From the NCBI GenBank assembly GCA_963829055.1, contig CAWHHI010000003.1, forward strand, positions 480,001 through 544,000: a DNA stretch of 64,000 bases, given 5' to 3'. The notes below the pieces were generated by a model, which saw only the letters and a list, made by a program, of their open reading frames with translations, searched no databases and was not told the origin of the DNA. Source of the DNA: an uncultured Gemmatimonadaceae bacterium (lineage in GTDB: Bacteria > Gemmatimonadota > Gemmatimonadetes > Gemmatimonadales > Gemmatimonadaceae). A program made the position numbers and the translations under genes. This document shows, one piece after another, positions 30,680 to 41,125 of the stretch; position 1 is the first letter of the stretch, and each line of letters opens with the position of its first letter.

Positions 30680-31581
30680 CAGACACGATCGGGCCATTTC
30701 TGGACGCGACGATCCGGACCGCGACGCCACTCGCGCTTGCAGCGTTAGGCGAAACCGTCGTGGAGCGCGCCGGGATGATCAACATCGGCCTCGAGGGCAC
30801 GATCATCGCGGGAGCATTCGGTGCAGTTGTCGCCGCCGCGTTGCTCGGGGCTGCGGGGGCCTTGGTAGCCGCCGTAGCCGCCGGGGTTCTCACCGCCATC
30901 GTCCTCGGTCTCTTCATCGTGGCGATGCGGACAGATCAGATTGTCGCCGGCACAGCGCTCACACTCCTGGCGCTCGGCGTGACGGGACTGCTCTACCGAA
31001 CGACGTTTGGGACGACGGGCGTTGCTTTGACGATTCCGACGGCCGGTGCAGTCGCGATACCACTATTGGCATCCATTCCAGTAGTCGGACGCGCGCTGTT
31101 CGCGCAGCCAGTCACGACGTATGTCGTGTACTTGACTGTCCCATTGCTGGCCTGGTGGCTGTCGCGCACGCACGCCGGGTTATCGCTTCGCGCCGTAGGC
31201 GAGAACCCCGCCGCCGCGATTGCGGCGGGCATATCGCCCGACCGCGTGCGGTGGCTTGCGCTCCTGTTCGGCGGGGCGTTAGGCGGATTGAGCGGAGGGA
31301 CGCTCGTCATCGCGCAGGTTGGGACGTTCGCCGAAGGGATGTCGGCCGGTCGTGGATTCATCGCCATCGCGATCGTCGCCTTGGGCCGCTGGTCGCCGGT
31401 TGGCGTGGCGATCGCGGCGATGCTATTCGGGGCAGCGAGCGCGCTGCAGTTCGTCTTTCAGTCGCTCGGGTGGACGCTCCCGTACCAACTCTTTCTCGCG
31501 CTTCCCTACGTGCTGACGCTCTCGGCGCTCGCCGGCGTTACGGGGCGCAGCGGGCCGCCTGCCGCACTCGGCCGCCGGTAG
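30676..31581 (+). CDS. Nucleoside ABC permease 2
   Basis: ATPLALAALGE, ERAGMINIGLEG, LRAVGENP, GRGFIAIA, LPYVLT. Confidence 0.92.
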   Translation: MTDTIGPFLDATIRTATPLALAALGETVVERAGMINIGLEGTIIAGAFGAVVAAALLGAAGALVAAVAAGVLTAIVLGLFIVAMRTDQIVAGTALTLLALGVTGLLYRTTFGTTGVALTIPTAGAVAIPLLASIPVVGRALFAQPVTTYVVYLTVPLLAWWLSRTHAGLSLRAVGENPAAAIAAGISPDRVRWLALLFGGALGGLSGGTLVIAQVGTFAEGMSAGRGFIAIAIVALGRWSPVGVAIAAMLFGAASALQFVFQSLGWTLPYQLFLALPYVLTLSALAGVTGRSGPPAALGRR

Positions 31582-31626
31582 CGTGTTCGTGCAGTCCACG
31601 TGCCGAAGCTGGCGGATGCCTAACGC

Positions 31627-32493
31627 GTGACGACGCCCAAGCCGGTGCTCGGGAACATTGTCGCAACGGCAATGTATCGCCTCGCCCCGTTCCGCTCGCG
31701 CCCCTTGGCGGAAGTCACGACAATGGAGTTGGCGATCCGAGATCTGGGCCCAGACCTCGACGGCTACACCATTGTTGCACTCTCGGATTTCCACCACCAC
31801 CCGGCGCTCGTCGATCTCGGCTGGCTCCGCCACGCAGTGGACATCGCGAACGCGTCATCACCGGACCTCATCGCGCTGCTCGGCGACTACGGGTCGTCGT
31901 TCAAGCGAGCGCCGTTGCTGTCACGGCACTGGTATCGCGAAGCGTTGGCCGCAATGGCGCCGGACCTCCGCCGCCTCAAGGCGCGCGACGGCACTGTCGG
32001 CGTCCTCGGCAATCACGACTACTACGCGGATGCGGCGCTGGTCAGCCAGTGGCTACACGGGATCGGCGCCGACCTGCTCGTGAATCGCACGCGGCGCGTC
32101 GTGCGAGCGGAAAGTGTGCTCCGCATTGCGGGGATGGACGACGTGTCGGAGGGAAGTAGCGACCCGTTGATTGGCTGTGACCCTGCGGAACGAACGCCGA
32201 CCATCGTACTGTCTCATGACCCGGACGGCATCCTCCAGATCGACCGACGCCTGCGCGTGGACTTGGTGCTCGCCGGCCATACGCACGGTGGCCAGATCGT
32301 GCTGCCCGGTTTTGGAGCACCGCTCACGATGTCGCGCATGTGCGGCCGTCGTTCCGCCAATGGCTGGGTGGTGAACCAACGCGCTCCGCTCTATGTCACG
32401 CGCGGGATCGGGGAGCAGCTCCCACTGCCACTCCGCGTCAACTGTTCGCCCGAGGTTCTCATCCTGCGCCTCAGGCGTCAGCAGCCAGCGTAG
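31627..32493 (+). CDS. Metallophosphoesterase (YkuE-like)
   Basis: SDFH, GDY, GNHD, SHDPD, GHTHGGQ. Confidence 0.9.
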   Translation: MTTPKPVLGNIVATAMYRLAPFRSRPLAEVTTMELAIRDLGPDLDGYTIVALSDFHHHPALVDLGWLRHAVDIANASSPDLIALLGDYGSSFKRAPLLSRHWYREALAAMAPDLRRLKARDGTVGVLGNHDYYADAALVSQWLHGIGADLLVNRTRRVVRAESVLRIAGMDDVSEGSSDPLIGCDPAERTPTIVLSHDPDGILQIDRRLRVDLVLAGHTHGGQIVLPGFGAPLTMSRMCGRRSANGWVVNQRAPLYVTRGIGEQLPLPLRVNCSPEVLILRLRRQQPA

Positions 32494-33449
32494 GCGCTCG
32501 CCCATCGACGCTGCCAGCGTCCGGCGACGCGCTCGACGAGCGTGTACGAGAAACCGCTCCCGGTGTCGTGCGTGACCACCACCGTCGGGCGGTGGTCGGT
32601 GCCTAACAACACGATCGCGATCGGATCGGTGGTTTCGAGCGTCTCCTCGGGGCCTGAAACGCGCTCCGAATATCGCGCCGTGTACCGCGTCCTCGACGGT
32701 ACTGAATCTCGTTCGGCGATGAGCAGGATTCTCTCCTGCCGAGGGTTTGCTTCCTGGTTGACGTTTCTCACGACCACTGCGACAAGTACATCGGGACTTC
32801 CTGGAACACGGGCGCGCCATGCCTTGTTCACCACGAACGGAAGCCCCTTGAACATGGCGGCCGTGTCGCCCGGTAGTGCGGAGGCTATCCGCGCGATGTC
32901 GGCGGCGAGCTGCGCGGAGTCGGCCGACGCGAGTCCCTCGATGGAATCGAGTGGTGCCTCGGCGGCGTGGCCTGCCTCGAATCCCACCGTCCACCCGCGG
33001 GCGGATGTTGTATCGCCGGAAGCAATCTGGAGCCGCGCAGTCGGCCATGTCCGACACGAGTCCGTTCGAGTGCTCGGAACGGTGGTGCCAACGCGGGCGA
33101 CCGCCACGTGCTTTCCCGCCCCGAACAGATCGACCTGGATGGCGCGCACTCGGCCGAGATCGAACGTTGTCGAATCGACCGCCGTGCTGTCGCCATAGCG
33201 CGGCACGATGACGAGAGCTTCGGCAGGTGTGGGGCCAACCACGAATAGCGCGGGGCCGGCCGTGGAGTCCCACGTGGACGGCTCCGGCTTGGCAACCACG
33301 GCGCTGTCCGGTGGCGGCACAGTTGGGACAGCCGTATCCTTTTTCCCCGCGGCGGGGGTGCTGCGCTCGCACGCGAGCGTCAGCGCGAGTATCAGAACCG
33401 GGATCGACTCACTGACAACTCGTCGCGTCCATTGAGGCAGCCGTTGCAT
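32478..33449 (-). CDS. Hypothetical lipoprotein
   Basis: Hydrophobic stretch with lipobox TLAC; ATG at 33449. Confidence 0.65.
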   Translation of the reverse strand: MQRLPQWTRRVVSESIPVLILALTLACERSTPAAGKKDTAVPTVPPPDSAVVAKPEPSTWDSTAGPALFVVGPTPAEALVIVPRYGDSTAVDSTTFDLGRVRAIQVDLFGAGKHVAVARVGTTVPSTRTDSCRTWPTARLQIASGDTTSARGWTVGFEAGHAAEAPLDSIEGLASADSAQLAADIARIASALPGDTAAMFKGLPFVVNKAWRARVPGSPDVLVAVVVRNVNQEANPRQERILLIAERDSVPSRTRYTARYSERVSGPEETLETTDPIAIVLLGTDHRPTVVVTHDTGSGFSYTLVERVAGRWQRRWASAYAGC

Positions 33450-33598
33450 ACCGCGAAATCTGCACGGTCTGCTCGCACCGTCAATCGAAACTGACAGCGT
33501 TCGTCCGGCTACGTCACCCGACGTATTCGATCGACGGGCCGGGCTTTGTACCGTGCCTGTGACGGCCTCTGTCATACACTCACGAGGAGTTTCGCCTG

Positions 33599-34988
33599 GT
33601 GTCCGAGACCACGCACGATGCCTTACCCAGCTCGGGCAAGTCCGGGCTCATGAGCCGGCTGGGACTCGCCCGTCCCGAACTCCGCGCCTGGGCAATGTAC
33701 GATTGGGCGGTTTCGGCGGTGCAGACGACCATTATGGTCGCGGTCTTTCCGGTGTACTTCGTGAACATCGCCAAGGTTGATCTTCCCGAGAGCCGCGCCA
33801 CTCAGGCGATCGCGACCGCGAACACGATTGTCGCGGTGGTGCTCGCGATCCTATCGCCCGTCCTCGGAGCCGTGTCCGACTACGTGGCCGCGAAGAAGCG
33901 ATTGCTTGGCGCGTCGATGCTCGTCGGCGCGGCCGCTGTGGCGGGGATGTTCTTCGTACAGCAAGGCGACTATCGCTTGGCGCTGGTACTGTTCGTCATT
34001 TCCCTCATCGGTGCGACGGCGAGCACGGTGTTCTACGACGCGTTGTTGCCGCACATCGCCTCAGAAGATGAGATCGATCGGGTGTCGAGCGCCGGGTACG
34101 CGGTCGGCTACATCGGTGGAGGTTTGCTCCTCGCGCTGAATCTCGCTTGGATCCTCAAGCCCGAGTGGTTCGGGCTTCCGAGTGGGCCCGAACCTCTCGG
34201 GTTCCGAGAAGAGTCTACCGACACGTCTCGCGTTCCTCTCGGTCGCAGTGTGGTGGGTCGTTTTCTCAATACCTCTATTTCGTCGCGTTCCGGAGCCGCC
34301 TCGAACTCGCGAACCCGACGAAATCCGCGGCGGGAACGTCCTCGTCGTGCCGTTCGTTCGCGTGGCCGAGACGTTTCAGGCGCTGCGCGGCTACAAGCAG
34401 GCGTTCCTCATGCTGCTGGCGTTCATGATCTACAACGATGGCATCCAGACCATTCAGAAAATGGCTGCCACGTACGGCAAAGAGCTCGGCATCGCCGACT
34501 CGGTGCTCATCGCCTCGATCCTCATCGTGCAGTTCGTGGGATTCCCGTTCGCGTTCCTGTTCGGAGCGATCGCCGCTCGCATTGGCGCCAAGCACGCAAT
34601 CTTCATCGGGCTCGTCGTGTATGCCGGTATCAGCATTCTCGGCTTCTACATGCGGAGTGCGGCACACTTTGTCCTGCTCGCCGCCCTTGTAGCGACGGTG
34701 CAGGGAGGCACACAGGCACTCAGCCGCTCGTTGTTCGCGAGTCTCATCCCGCCGCACAAGTCCGGAGAGTTCTTCGGCTTCTACAGCGTGTTCGAGAAGT
34801 TCGCCAGCATCTTCGGGCCGCTGCTCTTCTGGATCACCATCGCGACGACGGGGAGCAGCCGCAACGCGATTCTGTCCGTGATCTTCTTCTTCGCACTCGG
34901 CGCGATTGTTCTCAGTCGTGTCCGCGTGAAGGAAGGGCAGGCCGCGGCGCGCGCGGCGGATGCCGACGTCGTTACCGTGGCCTCCTGA
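33599..34988 (+). CDS. UMF1/Atg22-like MFS transporter; +1 frame break near 34188
   Basis: AWAMYDWA, FYDALLP, GYAVGYIGG, then YNDGIQT, GGTQALSRS, GEFFGFY. Confidence 0.9.
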
Positions 34989-35031
34989 CGCCTAACGTCG
35001 TGCGACTGACGATCAACCATCGCGTTGGCCA

Positions 35032-36471
35032 ATGATAGTGTATCGCGCGTTGCGAATCCTTGGCCGACTCGCGCTTCGATGGTTCTATCGCGATGTCGAG
35101 GTCGTCGGCATCGAACAGCTTCCCGTTCGGGGACCTGTTTTGCTGGCCAGCAACCATCCTAACGCGCTGGTCGACGCGCTCGTCATCGCGTGCACGTTGC
35201 GGCGGCCGGTGACGCTCACGGCCAAAGCCACGCTCCTCGAGAACCCGATCACACGAGCGCTGCTTCGCGCGGTTGGCGTGGTCCCGCTGCGTCGGGTAAG
35301 CGATGCTGTCACGCGTAACGGCGCGACGGGTGAGTCAGTGGTGACGAGCGTCGATCCGTCGCGGAACGACGGCGCGTTCGCGGCAGTGCTGGATGTACTC
35401 GAGGGCGGAGGGGTCGTCCTGCTGTTTCCGGAGGGAAAGAGCCACAGTGATCCCGCGCTGGCGCCACTCAAGACTGGACTCGCGCGAATCGCGCTGATGG
35501 CACGAGCACAGCGGCCGATCGATTCGTTGCCGATCATTCCCATTGGCCTGACGTTCGAGCGCAAATGGGAGCCGCGCTCGCGGGTCGTCATGTCTATCGG
35601 CACTCCCATTGTGCTCGAGCGCGGCGCGCCTAACGCTAACGAGGATGCCACGGCGCTCACACGAGACATTGATGCCGCGCTGCGTAGCGTCACGCTGAAC
35701 TTCCCGAGCCAGGGAGACGCCAGCGAGGTGCTGTCCCTGTCGGCATTGCTGGCCGAGATGTTGGATGAGTTTCGACCTCTGCACGCGCCGGATCCTCCGT
35801 TGTCGGAAACCGTGCGCCTCGCGCAGCGGCTCGGCGCGATCGCGGAACGCGTCCCACAGGCTGACCCGTGGCTGGCACGTCGCATCGAGCAGTTCCGCGC
35901 GCGTCTTTCGGCATTCGACGAGGTGACGCGGCAATACGCGATTTCTGCTAACGACGTGCAGATGAGTACCGATGTCGGAGGCGGGGCGTGGTTCGTCGTT
36001 CGAGAAGCACTGATTGCTGCCGTCGCCGGCCCACTTGCATTGTGGGGCCGGGTGAACCACTGGCTGCCGCTCCGTCTCGCACGTTCGTTGGCGTTACGCC
36101 GGAGTCGAACGCCTGACGAACCGGCCACGAACACCATCGTCGCGGCGCTCGTGCTGGTACTTGGCTTTTACGCCGCGCAAACCGCGCTGGTCACGTGGAG
36201 CCTGGGCTGGATGGTGGGGCTTGCGTACGCCGTCTCCCTCCCGCCTTCGGCGACCTGGGACTTTCGCTACGCTGACCGCCGGCGGCGCGCCAGCGCCCGC
36301 GTTAGGACGTACCTGCGATTCCGTCGGGAGCCGCCCTTGCAGCAGCATCTGCTCGCGGAGCTGACGTGGTTGCGAAGCGAGGCAGCCGCTCTCAACGACG
36401 CGGTAGACCAGATACCCTGCCGAGCCGCGGAGCCGCCGGCGCGAGTTCGCACCGCCTATGGCGAGACGTGA
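35032..36471 (+). CDS. PlsC-like acyltransferase with C-terminal membrane domain
   Basis: SNHPNALVD, LFPEGKSH, LKTGLARIA, IIPIGL. Confidence 0.85.
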   Translation: MIVYRALRILGRLALRWFYRDVEVVGIEQLPVRGPVLLASNHPNALVDALVIACTLRRPVTLTAKATLLENPITRALLRAVGVVPLRRVSDAVTRNGATGESVVTSVDPSRNDGAFAAVLDVLEGGGVVLLFPEGKSHSDPALAPLKTGLARIALMARAQRPIDSLPIIPIGLTFERKWEPRSRVVMSIGTPIVLERGAPNANEDATALTRDIDAALRSVTLNFPSQGDASEVLSLSALLAEMLDEFRPLHAPDPPLSETVRLAQRLGAIAERVPQADPWLARRIEQFRARLSAFDEVTRQYAISANDVQMSTDVGGGAWFVVREALIAAVAGPLALWGRVNHWLPLRLARSLALRRSRTPDEPATNTIVAALVLVLGFYAAQTALVTWSLGWMVGLAYAVSLPPSATWDFRYADRRRRASARVRTYLRFRREPPLQQHLLAELTWLRSEAAALNDAVDQIPCRAAEPPARVRTAYGET

Positions 36472-36788
36472 TCCGTCGGAAGGTGCGAGTCGCCACGGTG
36501 TGACGAAGGACCCGCAGTTGTCGGAGGGAGGTAGCGTCCGACGAGATCCCAGTGCCACGCGTCGCGCCGCAGACCAGTGCGTGGGTCCTTGAGTGGCTTG
36601 AACTGGAGCCGATCGGCGGGCAGGCCAACGGCGCGCCCGTACGTCAGCAGCAACTCGCGATCGGTGGACACGAGGTGCGCCATGCGATGCCCCTTCCACA
36701 CGTGTCGGTGCAGCCATAGCCCACCGTCCATGGCGAACGTCATTCCATCACGTCGTCTGTGGAACTCACGATAGCTCGGCGGCTGCAC
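36456..36788 (-). CDS. Small hypothetical protein, DUF4031-like
   Basis: AHLVSTD..L...G.....Q......HWDL pattern. Confidence 0.5.
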   Translation of the reverse strand: MQPPSYREFHRRRDGMTFAMDGGLWLHRHVWKGHRMAHLVSTDRELLLTYGRAVGLPADRLQFKPLKDPRTGLRRDAWHWDLVGRYLPPTTAGPSSHRGDSHLPTDHVSP

Positions 36789-36825
36789 TACGTGCGTGAT
36801 CTCGTCATGGTTCGGACTTGGGTTA

Positions 36826-37212
36826 CTACCCGCAGACGATCAGCCCCTCGTTGCTCGCGGGCGGGAGTGCCGGAACGCCTCCGAAAAACACCGCGCATTC
36901 TATGGGCCAGGCCAGTGGGTGGGTGACCTTCGCCGACCATCCGCCCGCGTTCGCGGTTCCGAACGAGATCGTCACGCCCGTCGTGATGCGAATGTTCAAC
37001 GCAGTAACGTCCGTCGTGTACGCTGAGTTGTCGTAGAAATACGCCTCCTCGGCGGTGACGAGGTTGCGCAGGTCGGCGCGAAGCGATGCAGCGTTTGCCT
37101 TCCCCTTGGTGTTCTGGAACTTGGGGATCGCAATCGCTGCCAGGATGCCGATGATGACGACGACGATGAGCAGTTCGATGAGCGTAAAACCGCGGCGATT
37201 GGACCAGGGCAT
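36826..37212 (-). CDS. Type IV pilin-like protein
   Basis: Class III signal RRG/FTLIELLIVVVIIGILAAIAIP with Glu+5; two C-terminal Cys. Confidence 0.92.
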   Translation of the reverse strand: MPWSNRRGFTLIELLIVVVIIGILAAIAIPKFQNTKGKANAASLRADLRNLVTAEEAYFYDNSAYTTDVTALNIRITTGVTISFGTANAGGWSAKVTHPLAWPIECAVFFGGVPALPPASNEGLIVCG

Positions 37213-37292
37213 AATCGTCTCACAGGGAGGTCTTTCGAGCGCACCTGCAGACTGCGTAATTGCAGAGGGGTGCGACTGCCAGCCAGATCGAA

Positions 37293-37308
37293 AGCAATGC
37301 CGGGGCCG
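37293..37308 (-). promoter_or_regulatory. Putative sigma54 -24/-12 promoter of the pilin gene
   Basis: Minus strand CGGCCCCGGCATTGCT = GG-N10-GC with TTGC; about 80 nt upstream of the ATG; AT-rich tract further upstream. Confidence 0.55.
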
Positions 37309-37471
37309 CTTTAGCTCATGAGTCCCTAAGATCCTCCCTTATAATCACTTGCCGGATTACGCGGGCCGCGTGTCGGTTTGATTTATGTCCTCACATCGCA
37401 CGGGGTGGCGCACTCTGCAATACTGCGTAGTGTGATGTCTGTCGCTCAAGCCAAGCAAGGACATCGACTTA

Positions 37472-40400
37472 TCAGAGTTTGGTCGCCAGCCAGCTATCCC
37501 CTATCCCCACGTCCACGACCAGCGGTACGGAGAGTTCGGCGGCGTGCTCCATCTCATGCCGCACGAGCGCCACGAGGTCCTCTGTCTCCTGCGGGGGGAC
37601 CTCGAACACAAGCTCGTCGTGCACCTGCAAGAGCATGCGGCTCTGCAACGAGCGCTTCCGGAGCGCCGCATCGATCCGAATCATGGCGATCTTGATGAGA
37701 TCGGCGGCGGAACCTTGGATCGGAGAGTTCGCGGCGGTCCGTTCGCCAAACGCGCGGATGTTGAAGTTGCGGTCGCGCAGTTCGGGGATGTAGCGGCGTC
37801 GGTGAAAGATCGTTTCTACGTACCCGTGCTCCCGGGCAAATTCTACCATCGAGTCGAGATACTGCCGAATGCCGCGGAATCGTTCGAAGTACGTGGCAAT
37901 GAATTCGCGGGCTTCCGCGTTGGTGATCTTGAGCTGTCTCGACAGCGCGTGCGCGCCCTGTCCGTAGATCGTCGCGAAGTTGATGGTCTTAGCGCGACCC
38001 CGCATCTCGGAGGTGACGGCATCGACGGGCACGCTAAAAATGATGGATGCCGTCTGACGGTGAATGTCTCCGCCCGAATTGAACGCCTCGACGAACGCAG
38101 GGTCACCGGAGAGGTGAGCCAGCAGCCGGAGTTCGATCTGCGAATAGTCGACAGCGACGAATTGCCATCCCTTTCGTGGAACGAATCCTCTGCGAATGTC
38201 CCGTCCCAATTCGCGCCGGATCGGAATATTCTGGAGGTTCGGGTCGCTCGACGACAGTCGGCCGGTGGATGCCACCGTCTGGTTGAAGGACGTGTGGAGT
38301 CGCTTGTCCGCCGGATGAATGAGAGACGGAAGAGTGTCGAGGTATGTGCTTTCGAGTTTCGAGAGCTCGCGGTACTCCATCAGGAGTTGGGGAAGGCTAT
38401 GGCCCGCGTCGGCGAGCTCTTGAAGCACGCTCGCGTCCGTCGACGGTCCCGTCGCGGTTCGCTTCCGTACCGGGAGTTGCAGTTTGTCGAACAGGATGCC
38501 GCGGAGCTGCGCGTTCGAGTTGATGTTGAACTCGGTCCCCGCCTCGCTGTAGATCTCCTGCTCTACGCGTTCGCGTTCGCGCTTGAACCGCTCCTTGAGT
38601 GAAGCGAACCACGCGAGGTCGATCGAGACACCCACCCACTCCATCTCGGCCAGGACCTGCAGTAGCGGAATCTCGATCTCGTGAAAGAGCGTCGTTAGGC
38701 CGTGCGTCTCGAGCTGCGGCTCGAAGATCGCGCGCAGCCGAAACGCCATGTCGGCATCTTCACACGAGTAGTCCCGCGCTGCTTCGACCGGACACGCATC
38801 GAACGGGATCTCTGTCTTTCCCTTTCCGCACAACTCGTCGTACGACGTCATCGTGTGGTCGAGGAACTCGAGCGCGAGGACGTCCAGCCCGTGCGAACGA
38901 CGCCCCGGGTCGAGGACGTAGCTCGCCAGCATGGTATCGAAGTCGAGTCCTCGCAGCGTTACGCCCGCGCGACGCAGTGAGAGGATGTCAGACTTCGCGT
39001 TCTGAGCGGTCTTCCGAACGGTGTCGTCCTCGAGCAGCTCGCGGAGAGGAGTCATCGCGGCACTGTCGAGCGCTGGGAGATTTCGTACCGGCGACGTGCC
39101 TGTGGCGAGTAGACGCGCGGCGATGCTGGTGGGTTGCGCTGCGGTTTTTTTTGCTTTCGCGGACGCCCGTGGCTTAGCTGTGACCGCCCGGCCGTTGGCG
39201 TCTCCGGTGGCATCGTCACCTCCTGCTACCGTGCCACGGTCTTCCGGCGCGTCGGTTGGCGCGCGGTCGCCCGCGGCGTCGATCAACAGATCGCCCTGCG
39301 CCGGCTGCCACTCGCGATGGCTGAACGGCAGATAGAACGCCTCACCTTCTGCTAGCGCGATCGACATCGACACTAAGCGAGACCGTAGCGGGTCGCCTCG
39401 CGTCGGCGCTCCCGGCTCGACGACGATCTCGGTATCGATCGCGATGTACTTCGCCTTGCGAGCTCGGGTCACGAGTCGCTCGACGCCCTGTACCGTGTCG
39501 ATGACGGAGTACGTCGCGCTCGTCGCTTTTTCTGTCGTCGCCGGAACGACCACGTCCTTCACTAACGTGGTGAACTCGAGCTCGATGTAGATCTGCCGCA
39601 GGCGAGCCAGGTCCGCTGGCTGTACCCGGAGGCGGGAACTGTCGAGCGCGATCGGGAGATCGTCTCTAATAGTCACTAATTCCTTCGACAACCGCGCCCG
39701 GCTCGCGTGCTCGAGCAACGCTTCACGCGGTCGTTTTTTCGTGATCTGGTCGGCCGACGACAGGATCGACTCGAGCGATCCGTACTCCGTGACGAGATCA
39801 CGCGCCGTCTTGTCCCCGATTCCAGGAACACCCGGTACGTTGTCCGATGAGTCACCGACCAACGCCAGGTAATCGATGACGCGCTCCGGCGGCACACCCA
39901 AGCGTTCGCTGGCGTTTTCCGCGCCGACCCACTGTTCTTCGACGCTCGCTGGCCCGCCGCGACCCGGGTTGAGCAACCACACACCCGGCCGCACCAGCTG
40001 TTGGAAGTCCTTGTCTCCCGAAACGATGACGACGTTCAGTGACGCATCCACGGCCTGCTTGGCGAGCGTGCCGATCACGTCGTCGGCTTCGTACCCCTTG
40101 AGCGAGAGGACGGGGAATCGGTAGGCATCGAGAATCTCACTGATCCGCTCCATGCCGCGATTGAAATCCGATTGGAGTTCTTCCGTGAGCTTTTCGCGGG
40201 TTGCCTTGTACGCCGGATATGTCTCGTGGCGGAAGGACAAGCCCGAATCATGGACCCAGCCTATGTACTCCGGCTTATGGTTGGCGATCAGCCGTTGGAG
40301 GAAGTTGACGACCCCCCAAGCCGCGGAGGTGTTCTCACCCTTGCTCGTGGTGAGTGGACGGGAAATCAGCGCGAAGAAAGCCCTGTAGATCAGGGCATAT

Positions 40401-40483
40401 CCGTCGATCAGAAACAGACGCGGAGACGGTGGGGGCGATACGTCGGCCACAGGCGTCGCTAGTTCGGGAATGGTCGAATGCAC
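37472..40483 (-). CDS. polA: DNA polymerase I
   Basis: LIDGYALIYRAFF, YEADD, SGDKD, GDSSDN; IDTE; TGRLSS, DYSQIELR, AKTINFATIYG, QVHDE. Confidence 0.98.
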   Translation of the reverse strand: MHSTIPELATPVADVSPPPSPRLFLIDGYALIYRAFFALISRPLTTSKGENTSAAWGVVNFLQRLIANHKPEYIGWVHDSGLSFRHETYPAYKATREKLTEELQSDFNRGMERISEILDAYRFPVLSLKGYEADDVIGTLAKQAVDASLNVVIVSGDKDFQQLVRPGVWLLNPGRGGPASVEEQWVGAENASERLGVPPERVIDYLALVGDSSDNVPGVPGIGDKTARDLVTEYGSLESILSSADQITKKRPREALLEHASRARLSKELVTIRDDLPIALDSSRLRVQPADLARLRQIYIELEFTTLVKDVVVPATTEKATSATYSVIDTVQGVERLVTRARKAKYIAIDTEIVVEPGAPTRGDPLRSRLVSMSIALAEGEAFYLPFSHREWQPAQGDLLIDAAGDRAPTDAPEDRGTVAGGDDATGDANGRAVTAKPRASAKAKKTAAQPTSIAARLLATGTSPVRNLPALDSAAMTPLRELLEDDTVRKTAQNAKSDILSLRRAGVTLRGLDFDTMLASYVLDPGRRSHGLDVLALEFLDHTMTSYDELCGKGKTEIPFDACPVEAARDYSCEDADMAFRLRAIFEPQLETHGLTTLFHEIEIPLLQVLAEMEWVGVSIDLAWFASLKERFKRERERVEQEIYSEAGTEFNINSNAQLRGILFDKLQLPVRKRTATGPSTDASVLQELADAGHSLPQLLMEYRELSKLESTYLDTLPSLIHPADKRLHTSFNQTVASTGRLSSSDPNLQNIPIRRELGRDIRRGFVPRKGWQFVAVDYSQIELRLLAHLSGDPAFVEAFNSGGDIHRQTASIIFSVPVDAVTSEMRGRAKTINFATIYGQGAHALSRQLKITNAEAREFIATYFERFRGIRQYLDSMVEFAREHGYVETIFHRRRYIPELRDRNFNIRAFGERTAANSPIQGSAADLIKIAMIRIDAALRKRSLQSRMLLQVHDELVFEVPPQETEDLVALVRHEMEHAAELSVPLVVDVGIGDSWLATKL

Positions 40484-40637
40484 ACAGCACGCGACAATGG
40501 CGTGCTCGATAGAAACTACCGGTCTGAACGCGGCATGGTGATCTACACGGGCATCGCGGCTCCATTCAGTGCGTATTCAGGTGTCTCGGACGCGGCGCTC
40601 TCATGGGCGCGCTGTCGGACCTGATCACGAGGGGCAT

Positions 40638-40673
40638 AAAAAACCCCCGCCTGCCGGTGAGGGCAGGCGGAGG
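40638..40673 (-). terminator. Intrinsic terminator of the cold-shock gene
   Basis: Stem CCCCCGCCTGCC / GGCAGGCGGAGG followed on the minus strand by a T6 tract. Confidence 0.8.
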
Positions 40674-40705
40674 CAGACGTGGATGGCCTTCGATGTGTAG
40701 GTGTG

Positions 40706-40906
40706 CTAGACGCGTTGGACGTTCATCGCGTGGAGGCCTTTTGCACCTGTCTGAATCTCGAACTCGACTTCCTGACCTTCGACGAGGGTCTTGAACCCAT
40801 CCATCACGATCGCCGAAAAGTGGACGAACACATCCTCGCCGCCATCCTGCTCAATGAAGCCATAGCCCTTCGCGTCATTGAACCACTTCACTTTCCCTCT
40901 GGCCAT
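40706..40906 (-). CDS. Cold-shock protein (CspA family)
   Basis: [15 protein letters not shown] and VFVHFSAI (RNP1/RNP2); AGGAGG SD. Confidence 0.97.
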   Translation of the reverse strand: MARGKVKWFNDAKGYGFIEQDGGEDVFVHFSAIVMDGFKTLVEGQEVEFEIQTGAKGLHAMNVQRV

Positions 40907-40982
40907 GCAGCTGCCTCCTGCGGGGTGAACCGAGCCCGTGTCCAATGCACACAGGGCAAACCGACCCCGGTTTGCGGCCACC

Positions 40983-41011
40983 TATATAGACGCACCCTGC
41001 AAATTTGTCAA
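40983..41011 (-). promoter_or_regulatory. sigma70-type promoter of the csp gene
   Basis: TTGACA-17 nt-TATATA on the minus strand. Confidence 0.65.
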
Positions 41012-41125
41012 GAGAACACTATGTCCCACAACGACATACCGTATCAGACCCATCAATAATATTACAGAAACATATGATATGGGCCCAGCAGCTAATGTGA
41101 CCTACATCACAGTCTTACGACGCTT

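Noticed and set aside
39075..39320. Intein in polA
   Set aside because: No Cys/Ser start with His-Asn end and no endonuclease motifs; low-complexity linker instead
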